Notes: generated from the sequence alone by a model not told the origin. A DNA stretch of 64,000 bases from an uncultured Weeksellaceae bacterium (GCA_963530025.1 CAUSBY010000020.1:2765-66764), one strand, 5' to 3'; counted from the first letter of the stretch, positions 39,979 to 50,500 are shown. Translations and numbers: made by a program.

Positions 39979-40794
39979 TTAATTGTAATTTTTTACAAGT
40001 CCTTTTACTATTTTGATGACATTGGGCATTGCTTTGTTTGCTGCTTCCAAAACTTCTTCATGGGAAACTGCAAAGGCAATATCTGGTCCTCCCAAATCTG
40101 TAATGATAGATAAACAGAAACAATCCATTCCTTGGTGTTTAGCAACAATCACTTCAGGAACTGTGCTCATTCCAACGGCGTCTCCACCAATTGCTTTTAC
40201 CATTCCGTATTCTGCTGGTGTTTCAAATGTAGGTCCTGTCAAAGCAACATAAACACCTTCTTTTAAGTCGATGTTTTCTTGCTCTGCAATAGATTTAGCA
40301 ATGGAAATCATTTTACGATTGTAAGGTTCACTCATATCTACGAAACGAGGTCCTAATTCATCGATATTCCTTCCTCTCAACGGATGTTCAGGCATCATAT
40401 TGATGTGGTCAGTAAGCATCATAACGTCAGCCACTTTGAAGTTTGGATTCACACCACCAGCAGCATTAGAAAGAATTAAATTCTTAATTCCTAACAAATG
40501 AAAAACTCGGAAAGGAAAAGTAACTGTTTCGATAGAATGACCTTCGTAATAATGGAAACGACCGCTCATCATCAAGACTTTTTTGCCTTCAAGAATTCCA
40601 TAAATCAATTTTCCGCCGTGACCAGCAACTGTTGTCTGAGGAAAATTCGGGATGTCTTTATAGTCCAAAGTGTGAATAGCTTCTACTTCATATTGAAGTT
40701 TTCCAAGACCAGAACCTAAAACAATTGCGAAATCAGGTGTTTCTCCAATGATATTCTTGATGAACTCAGCTGTTTCTTTAAACTTTTCTAACAT
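39979..40794 (-). CDS. Purine-nucleoside phosphorylase (PNP-I type)
   Basis: VLGSGLG, GRFHYYEG, GPTFETPAE, VGMSTVPE. Confidence 0.93.
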   Translation of the reverse strand: MLEKFKETAEFIKNIIGETPDFAIVLGSGLGKLQYEVEAIHTLDYKDIPNFPQTTVAGHGGKLIYGILEGKKVLMMSGRFHYYEGHSIETVTFPFRVFHLLGIKNLILSNAAGGVNPNFKVADVMMLTDHINMMPEHPLRGRNIDELGPRFVDMSEPYNRKMISIAKSIAEQENIDLKEGVYVALTGPTFETPAEYGMVKAIGGDAVGMSTVPEVIVAKHQGMDCFCLSIITDLGGPDIAFAVSHEEVLEAANKAMPNVIKIVKGLVKNYN

Positions 40795-41803
40795 AATTCT
40801 GAATGATTTTGTTGAAATCTTCTCTTTTGTCAATCTCTACATTGATTGGCCAATAATAGATCTTATCTCGAAGATAATCAAAAGCTTTTAGACGAACGTA
40901 ATCTTTTTCGGTGGTCAAAATCACTTTGTATTCGCCTAGTTTTTTATATTCTGCAGATATTTTTTTGATGTCATCATCAGTGAAATTGTGATGGTCTTTG
41001 TACTGCAAATGTTTGATTTTCTTATTGTATTTGGAAATCTCTTTCAATAATTGAGAAGGATTTGCAATTCCTGTTATCAATAAAACATCATAATAATCCA
41101 GATTTTTGACAGGCATTATTTTATCAATTCCCATAATGTTTTCGTCATAAGCAATGGCCGAGAAAAACACTTTCTGATAATGCTGAGGTCTGATTCTGGA
41201 AATGTAATATTGTTTTTTCTCCTCTGTCAAATCATCAGGGCATTTGGTTACCATAATGATATTGGCGCGACCCATTCCGTTCCTGCTTTCCCGCAAATCT
41301 CCTGCAGGTAAAATGAAATCTTTGAAATAAGGGTCATTGTAATCTGTCAATAGAAGATTCATTCCAGGTTTTATAGCACGATGCTGATAACTGTCGTCTA
41401 AGAGTAAAACTTCCAAATCCATATCGGAAATAATTTTTTTAGCACCATAAACACGGTCTTCACAAACTCCAATCACAAATCGATTGCGAAAACGTTCAAA
41501 TAACTGCATTGGCTCATCTCCAACGAGCTTGTAATTACTTTCGTAGTTTACAATGCCATAGCCTTTTGTGACTCTTCCATATCCGCGTGAAAGTACACCT
41601 GTTCTGTAGTATTTGGATAGATATTCTGCCAAATACATGACCATTGGCGATTTTCCACTGCCACCTACAGACAGATTTCCGACCCCGATTATCGGTGTTT
41701 TGAATTTCGAAGAAGAAAAAATTCCCCAATCATACATTCGGTTTCTAATAGAAGTTCCCAAATGATAACCCAAGGAAAAAGGGTAGAGATACCATCTTTT
41801 CAT
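40778..41803 (-). CDS. lpxK: Tetraacyldisaccharide 4'-kinase
   Basis: VGNLSVGGSGKSP, LSRGYGR, GDEP, LLDDSYQH, TTEKD. Confidence 0.95.
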   Translation of the reverse strand: MKRWYLYPFSLGYHLGTSIRNRMYDWGIFSSSKFKTPIIGVGNLSVGGSGKSPMVMYLAEYLSKYYRTGVLSRGYGRVTKGYGIVNYESNYKLVGDEPMQLFERFRNRFVIGVCEDRVYGAKKIISDMDLEVLLLDDSYQHRAIKPGMNLLLTDYNDPYFKDFILPAGDLRESRNGMGRANIIMVTKCPDDLTEEKKQYYISRIRPQHYQKVFFSAIAYDENIMGIDKIMPVKNLDYYDVLLITGIANPSQLLKEISKYNKKIKHLQYKDHHNFTDDDIKKISAEYKKLGEYKVILTTEKDYVRLKAFDYLRDKIYYWPINVEIDKREDFNKIIQNYVRKV

Positions 41804-41849
41804 ATGTGACAAAAATAAGGATTTCTATGAGAATAAAAATTTTAAACGA

Positions 41850-43580
41850 TTATTTATCGATAATAAGTTTGATGTTTTGCCTGAATCCCGAGTCGGACTT
41901 TATTTTCAAAATGTAGTTGCCATTAGCTAGATTCCCTATATAAACACTTTGTATAATTGGATGTTGGAAAATAGTTTTTATCCTTTTCCCAGAGGTATCA
42001 TAAATCTCTATGTCTAAAAGCGACGTATCTGTTGTATTATTTTTATCAATGAAATAAATGTAATTCTTTGCGGGATTGGGATAGAGTTGGATTTTACTAT
42101 TTACGATATTGATGTCGGGATTGTTAGAAGGTGTTTCTATTGGCGAAAAGGCAAAAACTTTGTCAAGATATTCGAATCTTCTAATGAGCCACTGACGGAT
42201 GTAAGCAAATTCCTCATACTCAGTAGATATTGTACTTCCTGAATATGCAATTTGATCCCGCTCATAGGCCCCGTTCATCTTCAAATAGTCAAAATTATCT
42301 ATCAGTATTTGCATTATTCTATCAACGGTAATGATATTAGATCTTAATTCTAACCATCTTTTGTAAAGATTAAATCGAAACCCATTTTGCCCTACATCAT
42401 TCCAAAGTCTTGTGAACAAGCCGTTCATAAATAAATCATCAGTTATATCTTGTATAGTGCTATCTACAGATCTTCCTAAAACACCATCAAGATCCCACGG
42501 TACAAAAAAATATTTTCCACTTTTATCGTAGCGTGCAGTATAAAGATTTTTACCCATGTTATCTACAGCTCTTATTGTATTGACAAGTATGAAATAGTTT
42601 ATAAGATTGTCACGATCATATTTGTCATGATATTCAGAATAGAATTTTACATCATTGGAGTTTATTACAAAATCATGTAGATTATATAAACTGTTCCAGT
42701 CTCTTAGGTCTTTTGGGTACTTATATTCATAGCCTCCCCATGTTTCCGAAGAATTGTCATAATCGGTTAATCCAGTATATGTTGTGTTGGTGTCCCATTG
42801 GGAGCCTTTGTAAAGCTCACCTCGGATTTCGGTATCTGTATTTTTTTTAAGTTTAAGTTGTTTTCTATCTATCTTTTCTGACAATGCATATATGCCTTGA
42901 TATGAGTTATTAAGAAAAACCTCTATATATTTTACACTTACTCCGGATTTTGCTTTAGGTTCTAAATCAATATAAGAAATGGAACTCATACTTTCCCATA
43001 TTTTCCAAGCTGCTTTGCTTCTTAATTTGAAATTTTCATTATACATTGCTTGGATATTCCAATCTTTATCCTCCCTCATGCCTAGCAATGTTATGTCTTT
43101 TGTTTCATCACCACTTTCATCACTCCAAAACTCTATTTCATAAGATTTTTTTGGATATGACTGTGAAGTATCACCTCGGTATTCGATTCCGGCATTTGAT
43201 TCGGTAATTGTACCATCATTTTCTACAAGAGATATTTTCGATAAAATCTTGGGAGAATCTACTATTTGAAGCTCTGTAGTAATATAAAGCAATGGCAGTT
43301 CTGTGAAATAGACAGAATATCTTTTAAATTCTCCATCTAGACCTATTGTATATCGTATGCCTTTTTTGAAAGATTTTACATTGTCTAGAACCCGATAATC
43401 ACTATTGCCGATTTTTATGAAAATATATTCGTCATCAAATTGTAATTTACTTAAATCTGTATTGCAAATAATCAATCTTTTTGTTTCATCAATTCTATAG
43501 CTCTCTTTTGGAAGTTCAATGATTGAAGCGGAAAAATAATTGCTAAAAAAAAATAACATCAGGAATAAATATCTATTCAT
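41850..43580 (-). CDS. CotH-kinase family protein with T9SS C-terminal domain
   Basis: IEYRG..S..YPKKSY, DN..KN, PWDLD, YPNPAK...GNYIL...KLIID. Confidence 0.85.
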   Translation of the reverse strand: MNRYLFLMLFFFSNYFSASIIELPKESYRIDETKRLIICNTDLSKLQFDDEYIFIKIGNSDYRVLDNVKSFKKGIRYTIGLDGEFKRYSVYFTELPLLYITTELQIVDSPKILSKISLVENDGTITESNAGIEYRGDTSQSYPKKSYEIEFWSDESGDETKDITLLGMREDKDWNIQAMYNENFKLRSKAAWKIWESMSSISYIDLEPKAKSGVSVKYIEVFLNNSYQGIYALSEKIDRKQLKLKKNTDTEIRGELYKGSQWDTNTTYTGLTDYDNSSETWGGYEYKYPKDLRDWNSLYNLHDFVINSNDVKFYSEYHDKYDRDNLINYFILVNTIRAVDNMGKNLYTARYDKSGKYFFVPWDLDGVLGRSVDSTIQDITDDLFMNGLFTRLWNDVGQNGFRFNLYKRWLELRSNIITVDRIMQILIDNFDYLKMNGAYERDQIAYSGSTISTEYEEFAYIRQWLIRRFEYLDKVFAFSPIETPSNNPDINIVNSKIQLYPNPAKNYIYFIDKNNTTDTSLLDIEIYDTSGKRIKTIFQHPIIQSVYIGNLANGNYILKIKSDSGFRQNIKLIIDK

Positions 43581-43717
43581 ACTACATTTTTTGGATTGCA
43601 AATATAATTTTTTCAAACGTTTATTTAATTTTTTTATTGTGAAATAAGACCAAAGTCATTATATACCTTACCAAGACTTTTTTAGTTATCTTTGTGGTCT
43701 TTAAATAAACGATAAAT

Positions 43718-44575
43718 ATGATATTATCTATGACAGGTTTTGGCCGTGCCGAAACTGTTTACGAAGGAAAAAAAATCACAATAGATATCAAATCTCTCAA
43801 TAGCAAAAATTTTGACTTGAATGTTAAAATTCCGCTTAGATATAAAGAGAAAGAATTTGATATCAGAAAATTATTGAATGACAAGATTCTTCGTGGAAAA
43901 GTAGACTGCTACATCAACTGTGAAAGTCTGGAAGACAGCAATGATGTGAAAATCAATCAGGATATTGTCAAAAATTATATTGAGCAATTGAGAGCTGTTG
44001 CTTCAGACGCACCAGAATTTGAATATCTGAAAATGGCTGTAAGAATGCCAGACGTTTTATCAACTAAAAGCTCTGAATTAGATGATAACGAGTGGAAAGC
44101 TCTTCTCGAAGTTGTGCAGGAATCTGTTGCTAGATTTATAGAATTTCGTCAAACTGAAGGAAATAATCTAGCTGAGGAAATTGAGAAAATCGTTCTTAAC
44201 ATCGAGAATAATCTGAATCAGGTTGGGCAATACGAAGAAGAAAGGATTCAGCCAATCAAAGATAGATATCAGACTGCGCTTAAGAATTTTGAAAATGTAG
44301 ATGAAACAAGATTTTATCAGGAAATGGTTTATTTTGTTGAAAAATTGGATATTTCTGAAGAAAAAGTTCGTCTTTCCCAACACATCAAATATTATCTTGA
44401 AGTAATGAAAAATGAAGATTTCAATGGGAAAAAATTGGGCTTCATTGCTCAAGAAATGGGAAGAGAAATCAATACTTTGGGTTCAAAAGCCAATCATTCA
44501 GAAATACAGAAATTGGTGGTTGAGATGAAGGATGATTTGGAGAAAATCAAGGAACAAACGCTGAACGTCCTTTAG
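43718..44575 (+). CDS. yicC: YicC/YloC family endoribonuclease
   Basis: SMTGFGR, KLDISEE, QEMGREINTLGSK. Confidence 0.94.
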   Translation: MILSMTGFGRAETVYEGKKITIDIKSLNSKNFDLNVKIPLRYKEKEFDIRKLLNDKILRGKVDCYINCESLEDSNDVKINQDIVKNYIEQLRAVASDAPEFEYLKMAVRMPDVLSTKSSELDDNEWKALLEVVQESVARFIEFRQTEGNNLAEEIEKIVLNIENNLNQVGQYEEERIQPIKDRYQTALKNFENVDETRFYQEMVYFVEKLDISEEKVRLSQHIKYYLEVMKNEDFNGKKLGFIAQEMGREINTLGSKANHSEIQKLVVEMKDDLEKIKEQTLNVL

Positions 44576-44594
44576 AAATGTATTTTAGAAACTT

Positions 44595-45191
44595 ATGAAT
44601 TTTTCGCTTAAGTTTTTATTGATATTCTTTTTTGTGATAATAAAATCACAAAATATAGATTCATTAGCAAATATTCCATCTGAATTAAAAAAATCAGAAA
44701 TCAGAATCTACAAAGACAGAGGAATTACCAATAGTGGTTTTGTTTTCAGAATTTATAAAGAAGATAAAACTTGGAAAGCCAATTTAACCCAATGGTTTTT
44801 ACCAAAAGAAATTAGTAATAATGAATTTGAAAAAATTGCTCCAAAATTAATAGCTCTAAAACCGACAAAGACTTTAGAAGAATTATTTTTAAATTTAATA
44901 GCATTAAATATTGGTCATCTTCCAAAAGAAGAATCTTTTAAATATAAAAAGGAAAAGTATCAAGTTGTTTATGATGAGGAAGAAAAAAGTTGGTTATTTG
45001 AAACAACAAATTCAATAGTAGTTTTAGACGGAACAGGTTATTTAGTAAAATTTAAATCTGGAAGACAGAATAATGAGTTTGATTACAATAATCCCGAATC
45101 ATATTTAAAACATTATCCAGAGATTGATGAACTCAAAAGTTTTGTGGATATCTTAAAATATATTAGAAAAGAGTTTAACATAGAATTTTAA
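44595..45191 (+). CDS. Hypothetical exported protein between yicC and gmk
   Basis: Long AT-rich ORF with hydrophobic N-terminus. Confidence 0.7.
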   Translation: MNFSLKFLLIFFFVIIKSQNIDSLANIPSELKKSEIRIYKDRGITNSGFVFRIYKEDKTWKANLTQWFLPKEISNNEFEKIAPKLIALKPTKTLEELFLNLIALNIGHLPKEESFKYKKEKYQVVYDEEEKSWLFETTNSIVVLDGTGYLVKFKSGRQNNEFDYNNPESYLKHYPEIDELKSFVDILKYIRKEFNIEF

Positions 45192-45201
45192 AAATCAAAT
45201 T

Positions 45202-45768
45202 TTGAAAGAAAAAGTTATCATATTCTCCGCGCCGTCTGGAAGTGGGAAAACAACATTAGTAAAACACGGGCTTTCTGTAGTTCCACAATTGAGTTTTTCA
45301 ATTTCTGCAACCACAAGACAACCAAGAGGCGAAGAAGAACACGCAAAAGATTATTATTTTCTGACGCCGGAAGAATTCAGAGCCAAAATATCAGAAGATG
45401 AATTTGTTGAGTTCGAGGAAGTTTATACCGACAAATACTATGGAACTTTAAAATCCGAAGTCGAAAGAATCTGGAAAGAAGGTAAAGTCGTGATTTTCGA
45501 TGTGGATGTAAAAGGCGGAATCCGACTGAAAGAGATTTTCGGAGACAAAGCTTTATCTATTTTCGTAATGCCTCCAAGCATTGCAGAATTGGAACAGAGA
45601 TTGATAAAAAGAAATACGGACTGCGCAGAAACTATCAAGACAAGAGTGGAAAAAGCAGGCGAAGAAATGACTTATCAAAAACACTTCGATAAAATTATTG
45701 TGAATACAGATTTGGACACTGCAAAAGCGGAAGTCGAAGAAATTATTAATAACTTTATCAACGAATAA
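45202..45768 (+). CDS. gmk: Guanylate kinase
   Basis: APSGSGKTT, SISATTR.PR, YYGT, DVDVKG. Confidence 0.96.
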   Translation: MKEKVIIFSAPSGSGKTTLVKHGLSVVPQLSFSISATTRQPRGEEEHAKDYYFLTPEEFRAKISEDEFVEFEEVYTDKYYGTLKSEVERIWKEGKVVIFDVDVKGGIRLKEIFGDKALSIFVMPPSIAELEQRLIKRNTDCAETIKTRVEKAGEEMTYQKHFDKIIVNTDLDTAKAEVEEIINNFINE

Positions 45769-45786
45769 AAATCTGAAATATTTGTA

Positions 45787-46803
45787 ATGGAAAATACATT
45801 AGACGTTGCAATCAACAATATGCCTGTAAAAGGTTTTCTTGACCTCAAGGAGTTTGCTATTCCAACAGGCGATGACCTTGTGAAAGCAATTCTTGACCTT
45901 AAAAAAGAAAAAAATGCCGTTATTTTGGCGCATTATTATCAGCCGGGTCCGATTCAGGATATCGCTGATTTTCTTGGCGATTCTTTACAGTTGGCAAGAC
46001 AGGCGAAAGAAACTGATGCTGATATGATTGCTTTTTGTGGCGTACACTTTATGGCAGAAGCGGCGAAAATCCTTAATCCAACAAAAAAAGTAGTTCTTCC
46101 TGATACTTTGGCTGGCTGTTCATTGGCAGACGGCTGTTCGGCGGAAGGTCTTAACAAAATGCGTGAGCAGCATCCAAATGCTTTGGTAGCGACTTACATC
46201 AATTGTAATGCGGAAACCAAAGCAGCTTCTGATATTATTGTAACAAGTTCTAATGCAGAACAAATCATCGAAGCTTTGCCAAAAGACAGACCGATTATTT
46301 TTGCGCCAGATAAAAACTTAGGAAGATATCTTAGCAAAAAAACGGGTCGTGATATGATTCTTTGGGATGGAAGCTGTATTGTTCACGAGGCTTTTTCTAT
46401 GGAACGTATCGCAAAACAACTGGCTGACCATCCTAATGCAAAACTAATCGCACATCCGGAAAGCGAATCTCCTGTTTTGGAATTAGCACATTTCATCGGT
46501 TCAACTTCAGCACTTTTGAATTATGTTGAGCGGGATGATTGTCAAGAATTTATCATCGCAACTGAAGAAGGAATTCTTCACGAAATGAAAAAAAGAGCAC
46601 CGCACAAATCTCTGATTCCAGCCTTGGTTTTTGACGAGAGTTGTAACTGTTCAGAATGTTTCTTTATGAAGAGAAATACTTTGGAAAAACTCTATCTGTG
46701 TATGAAGTATGAACTTCCCGAAATCATAATGGATGAAGAAGTTCGTCTCAAAGCACTCAAGCCAATCGAAGCAATGCTGGAACTTTCCAAAAGCATCAAA
46801 TAA
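45787..46803 (+). CDS. nadA: Quinolinate synthase
   Basis: [30 protein letters not shown]. Confidence 0.96.
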   Translation: MENTLDVAINNMPVKGFLDLKEFAIPTGDDLVKAILDLKKEKNAVILAHYYQPGPIQDIADFLGDSLQLARQAKETDADMIAFCGVHFMAEAAKILNPTKKVVLPDTLAGCSLADGCSAEGLNKMREQHPNALVATYINCNAETKAASDIIVTSSNAEQIIEALPKDRPIIFAPDKNLGRYLSKKTGRDMILWDGSCIVHEAFSMERIAKQLADHPNAKLIAHPESESPVLELAHFIGSTSALLNYVERDDCQEFIIATEEGILHEMKKRAPHKSLIPALVFDESCNCSECFFMKRNTLEKLYLCMKYELPEIIMDEEVRLKALKPIEAMLELSKSIK

Positions 46804-46850
46804 ATTACAAACCTTGTCTTTTTAGATGAGGTTTTTTTATGGAATTATTT

Positions 46851-47001
46851 GGGCAATCTCCGCAAGATTTTTCCAAAGCTTTTCCAAAGCAAAAATTTGC
46901 AGAGCCGGGCTATCCGTTGCAATCTTTTTTACATCACCATAGGTCATTCAAAAGTTAGGTAAGTCTAAGCAAAAAAGGATTTCCACTACTATCCCTATTG
47001 C
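46851..47001 (+). ncRNA. Flavo-1-like structured RNA/repeat
   Basis: gggcaat...cgggctatccgttgcaatctttt...aaaaggatttccactactatccctattgc, multi-stem; resembles my recollection of the Flavo-1 motif (not searched). Confidence 0.55.
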
Positions 47002-47052
47002 AGCTGCGCAAGAAAGAAAGTTTCAAATAAATAGAAAATTTCCCATAATCTT

Positions 47053-47230
47053 TGTTATTCCGTAGGAAACCAACAGAAGTGGTTTGATAAATTCAATCTT
47101 AATGATTTAGATTCCTGCGAAATGACAAACTTTATGTTTATAAATATAATTTTCTTTTGCTGAGCGAAGCACCTTTGCGAACCTTAAAATATTTTCAATT
47201 ATGATAAAAAATCTTTGCGGACTTTGCGTT
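47053..47230 (+). repeat. Composite repeat, second copy of 32891-33106
   Basis: tgttattccgtaggaaacc...gaaatgaca then gctgagcgaagcacctttgcgaacctt...ctttgcggactttgcgtt. Confidence 0.8.
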
Positions 47231-47282
47231 CAATTTTTTGAATCATATGCCATCAAATCAGAAAATTTTATATTTTTAAAAA

Positions 47283-47645
47283 ATGAAATCGAAAATCATT
47301 TTAGAAGACATAAAAATCTACGCCTATCACGGTGTTCTGCCAGAAGAAGCTTTAATAGGGAATTATTATATCATCAATGCAGAATTACACGCGGATTTAG
47401 AAAAAGCATCACAAACCGATAATCTGGATGATACTATCAATTATGCTGAGGTCAGCGAAATTATTCATCAGGAAATGGCAATACGTTCCGAGCTTTTGGA
47501 ACACGTTATTGGAAGAATTATTGATAAAATCGAAAAAAAATTTCCCCAAATTAATTTCGTTAAAATCAAATTAACCAAAACCGTTCCGCCAATGCCAGGC
47601 GAAATGGAAGGTGTGAGTCTGGAATTTGAAAAACATCTTTATTAA
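47283..47645 (+). CDS. folB: Dihydroneopterin aldolase
   Basis: YAYHGVLPEE, DNLDDTINY, LLEHV. Confidence 0.94.
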   Translation: MKSKIILEDIKIYAYHGVLPEEALIGNYYIINAELHADLEKASQTDNLDDTINYAEVSEIIHQEMAIRSELLEHVIGRIIDKIEKKFPQINFVKIKLTKTVPPMPGEMEGVSLEFEKHLY

Positions 47646-47662
47646 TTCAACAAGATTCATAT

Positions 47663-47697
47663 AACCCTTTCGGAGTTTCAAACTCTGAAAGGGTTTT
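47663..47697 (+). terminator. Hairpin after folB (terminator or REP-like palindrome)
   Basis: aaccctttcggagttt-c-aaactctgaaagggtt. Confidence 0.65.
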
Positions 47698-47777
47698 AAT
47701 TTGAATAAATAGAAACGTTAATGAAATCTTAAAATTTGGTATTAAGTTTGATACAAAGAACTCAAATACAAAATTTT

Positions 47778-48509
47778 ATGAAGAATTATATTGCAGTAGG
47801 AATTGCTGCTCTAGGTTTTATTATTGCTGCAGCTCTGCTTGGTAGTGCTGTGAAAAACAGAAACAAATCAGAAAATACGGTTTCTGTAACTGGACTTGGT
47901 TCCAAGACTTTTACTTCAGACTTGATTTCTTGGTCGGGAAGTTTTTCCAAAAATAGTTTTGAATTGAAAGCTGCTTACGATGCTTTAGCGGTTGACAGAC
48001 AAGTCATTTCCCAATACTTGAAATCAAAAGGTGTGAAAGAAAACGAAATGGTATTTTCTGCGGTCGATATTCAGAAACAGTTTAGGAATTATACAGATTC
48101 TAATGGGAATTATCAACAAGGAGAATTCGCAGGCTATAACTTAACTCAAAATGTTTCCATCAAATCAAAAGAAGTCGCAAAGATTGAAAATATCTCCAGA
48201 AACATCACAGAAATCATCAATCGCGGAATTGAATTTACTTCTTCATCACCTCAATATTTCTACACAAGATTGTCTGATGTAAAGCAGGAAATGATTGCCA
48301 ACGCCACCAAAGATGCCAAAGAACGTGCGGAGAAAATCGCTGAAAATGCAGGAAGCAGTCTCGGAAATTTGAAAAAAGCAACTATGGGAGTTATCCAAAT
48401 TACAGCTCCGAATTCTAACGAAGATTATTCTTATGGAGGAACTTACAATACAACCTCCAAAGATAAAGAAGCAAGTATTACCATAAAACTCGAATACGAA
48501 GTGGATTAA
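47778..48509 (+). CDS. SIMPL/DUF541 domain protein
   Basis: VSVTGLG, ATKDAKERAEKIA, GVIQIT. Confidence 0.85.
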   Translation: MKNYIAVGIAALGFIIAAALLGSAVKNRNKSENTVSVTGLGSKTFTSDLISWSGSFSKNSFELKAAYDALAVDRQVISQYLKSKGVKENEMVFSAVDIQKQFRNYTDSNGNYQQGEFAGYNLTQNVSIKSKEVAKIENISRNITEIINRGIEFTSSSPQYFYTRLSDVKQEMIANATKDAKERAEKIAENAGSSLGNLKKATMGVIQITAPNSNEDYSYGGTYNTTSKDKEASITIKLEYEVD

Positions 48510-48536
48510 CAATAAAGGAGCAAAATATTTGCTCCT

Positions 48537-48986
48537 TTATAATTTTGTTTTACTGTCAAAAACCAATGTGACAGGTCCATCATTAATTAATGATACTTTC
48601 ATATCTGCTCCGAAGATTCCGCTTTCGGTTTTCAAACCGGATTTTTTCATTTCATCTTTGAAATATTCAAATAACGGAATCGCTTTGTCTGGTCTTGCAG
48701 CTTTGATATAAGAAGGACGATTGCCTTTTTTATAATCAGAAATCAAAGTGAATTGACTGATACAAAGGATTTCGCCCTTGAGGTCTTTCACAGAGTGATT
48801 CATTTTGCCTTCGTCATCAGAAAAAACTCTTACGTCTAGGATTTTCTTTACAAGCCAATCAGCATCAGTGTTTTCATCGCTTTCATCAACACCAATTAAA
48901 AGCATTAATCCTTTTCCGATTTCTCCGACAATTTCGTTATCTACCTTTACACTGGCTTCGGAAACCCTTTGTATTACTGCTCTCAT
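48537..48986 (-). CDS. dtd: D-aminoacyl-tRNA deacylase
   Basis: MRAVIQRV, SQFTL, NDGPVT. Confidence 0.96.
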   Translation of the reverse strand: MRAVIQRVSEASVKVDNEIVGEIGKGLMLLIGVDESDENTDADWLVKKILDVRVFSDDEGKMNHSVKDLKGEILCISQFTLISDYKKGNRPSYIKAARPDKAIPLFEYFKDEMKKSGLKTESGIFGADMKVSLINDGPVTLVFDSKTKL

Positions 48987-48989
48987 CTG

Positions 48990-49436
48990 TTAATTATAAA
49001 TGGAAAGTATATTGTTCACATAATTGTACCCATACGTTTTAGGTGCTGTTTTTGCCACTTTGGAAGGTTGTCCAGTTATTAGAATCCATTCTGCCCCATC
49101 TTGTGGACAATAAACAGCTGTCCCATTTTTAACCTCTAATGTCGTATCGGTATCAGGACAAAGATGCGGTGCATTTCTATCATAAATTTTAAAACCACTA
49201 GTTGTTCTTACCACAATTAACCCTCGAGTACCTGATTGTTGTTCATCTACATAAATCCAGTTTCCTACGGTTTGCAATTCATAATATTGAGGTAGACCTA
49301 GATTCAATTGTACGGAAATTACGGAATCTGGAAAACAACTAACCGTGTCGTCTCTTTCCCTGCAAGAATTAATGATACTTAAAGAACTGATTATCAAAAA
49401 TAATGTAAATAGTAATGCTATTTTTTTGGTTTTCAT
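48990..49436 (-). CDS. Lipoprotein with Rieske-like fold, non-canonical ligand pattern
   Basis: Lipobox NSC; YDRNAPHLCP...YCPQDG. Confidence 0.6.
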   Translation of the reverse strand: MKTKKIALLFTLFLIISSLSIINSCRERDDTVSCFPDSVISVQLNLGLPQYYELQTVGNWIYVDEQQSGTRGLIVVRTTSGFKIYDRNAPHLCPDTDTTLEVKNGTAVYCPQDGAEWILITGQPSKVAKTAPKTYGYNYVNNILSIYN

Positions 49437-49534
49437 TTCAAAATAAATTATATATTTGTAAACTCAATTCGAGGCAAAATAGTATCCGGCAAAGGTCGGA
49501 TTATTTTTTTATACAAACGATAAATTTTATTGTT

Positions 49535-50002
49535 ATGAACTACGTGACCAAAGAAGGTTTGGATAAGATGAAAGCCGAACTGGAACAATTAGAAACCAAC
49601 GAAAGACCAAAAATAACTCAGCAGATCGCTGAAGCAAGAGATAAAGGTGACCTGTCTGAAAATGCTGAATATGATGCAGCAAAAGAAGCACAAGGGATGT
49701 TGGAGATGAGAATCTCAAAACTGAAAGATATTATTTCTACTTCGAAAATTATTGATGTTGCTCAGTTGGATTTGAGCAAAGTTTCTATTCTTACAACTGT
49801 GAGACTTAAGAATAATGCTACGAAAGGTGAGCAAAAATTCACTTTGGTACCAGATAACGAGAGTGATATAAAGACTGGTAAAATATCTGTGAATACGCCT
49901 ATTGCCAAAGGACTTTTGGGTAAGGTTGTCGGAGAAACTGCTGATATCGTTTTACCAAATGGTAATAAGCTTTCTTTTGAGGTTTTAGAAATTTCATTAT
50001 AA
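49535..50002 (+). CDS. greA: Transcription elongation factor GreA
   Basis: GDLSENAEYDAAKE, ISVNTPIAKGLLG; ATG at 49535. Confidence 0.96.
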   Translation: MNYVTKEGLDKMKAELEQLETNERPKITQQIAEARDKGDLSENAEYDAAKEAQGMLEMRISKLKDIISTSKIIDVAQLDLSKVSILTTVRLKNNATKGEQKFTLVPDNESDIKTGKISVNTPIAKGLLGKVVGETADIVLPNGNKLSFEVLEISL

Positions 50003-50061
50003 AAGCAAATCATCAATGTTGGTTTAATAATTGCTGAAAAATTAAAATCAATATTAATATT

Positions 50062-50451
50062 ATGAGCAGTATATTTTCAAAGATTATTAGTGGAGAAATC
50101 ACTAGTTATAAAATTGCAGAAGACGATAAGCATGTTGCTTTCCTGGATGCTATGCCATTAGTTAAAGGTCATGCTCTTGTAGTGCCAAAAAAGGAAACAG
50201 ATTTGATTTTCGATTTAGATTCGGAAGATTACAAGGAGCTTTGGGCTTTTACGCAAGATATTGCTAAACAGATCAAAAAAGCTATTCCATGCAAAAGGGT
50301 AGGAGTGGCTGTTGTAGGCTTGGAAGTTCCGCATGCTCATATTCATCTAATACCGCTTAACAGTATGGATGACCTTAATTTCAAAAATGTCAGGTTGATA
50401 TTTACTCCCGAGGAGTATAAAGATATTCAGCAGTCCATAATCAATGCATAA
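50062..50451 (+). CDS. HIT family protein
   Basis: SIFSKII.GE, VPHAHIHLIP. Confidence 0.93.
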   Translation: MSSIFSKIISGEITSYKIAEDDKHVAFLDAMPLVKGHALVVPKKETDLIFDLDSEDYKELWAFTQDIAKQIKKAIPCKRVGVAVVGLEVPHAHIHLIPLNSMDDLNFKNVRLIFTPEEYKDIQQSIINA

Positions 50452-50500
50452 AAGAAGTTTTTTACTTCTTTTTTTAATTATATAAGAATTATAAAGATTT

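Noticed and set aside
49415..49534. 40-aa N-terminal extension of GreA in the ORF track
   Set aside because: It overlaps the divergent gene, the promoter and the leader hairpin; the real start is ATG 49535.
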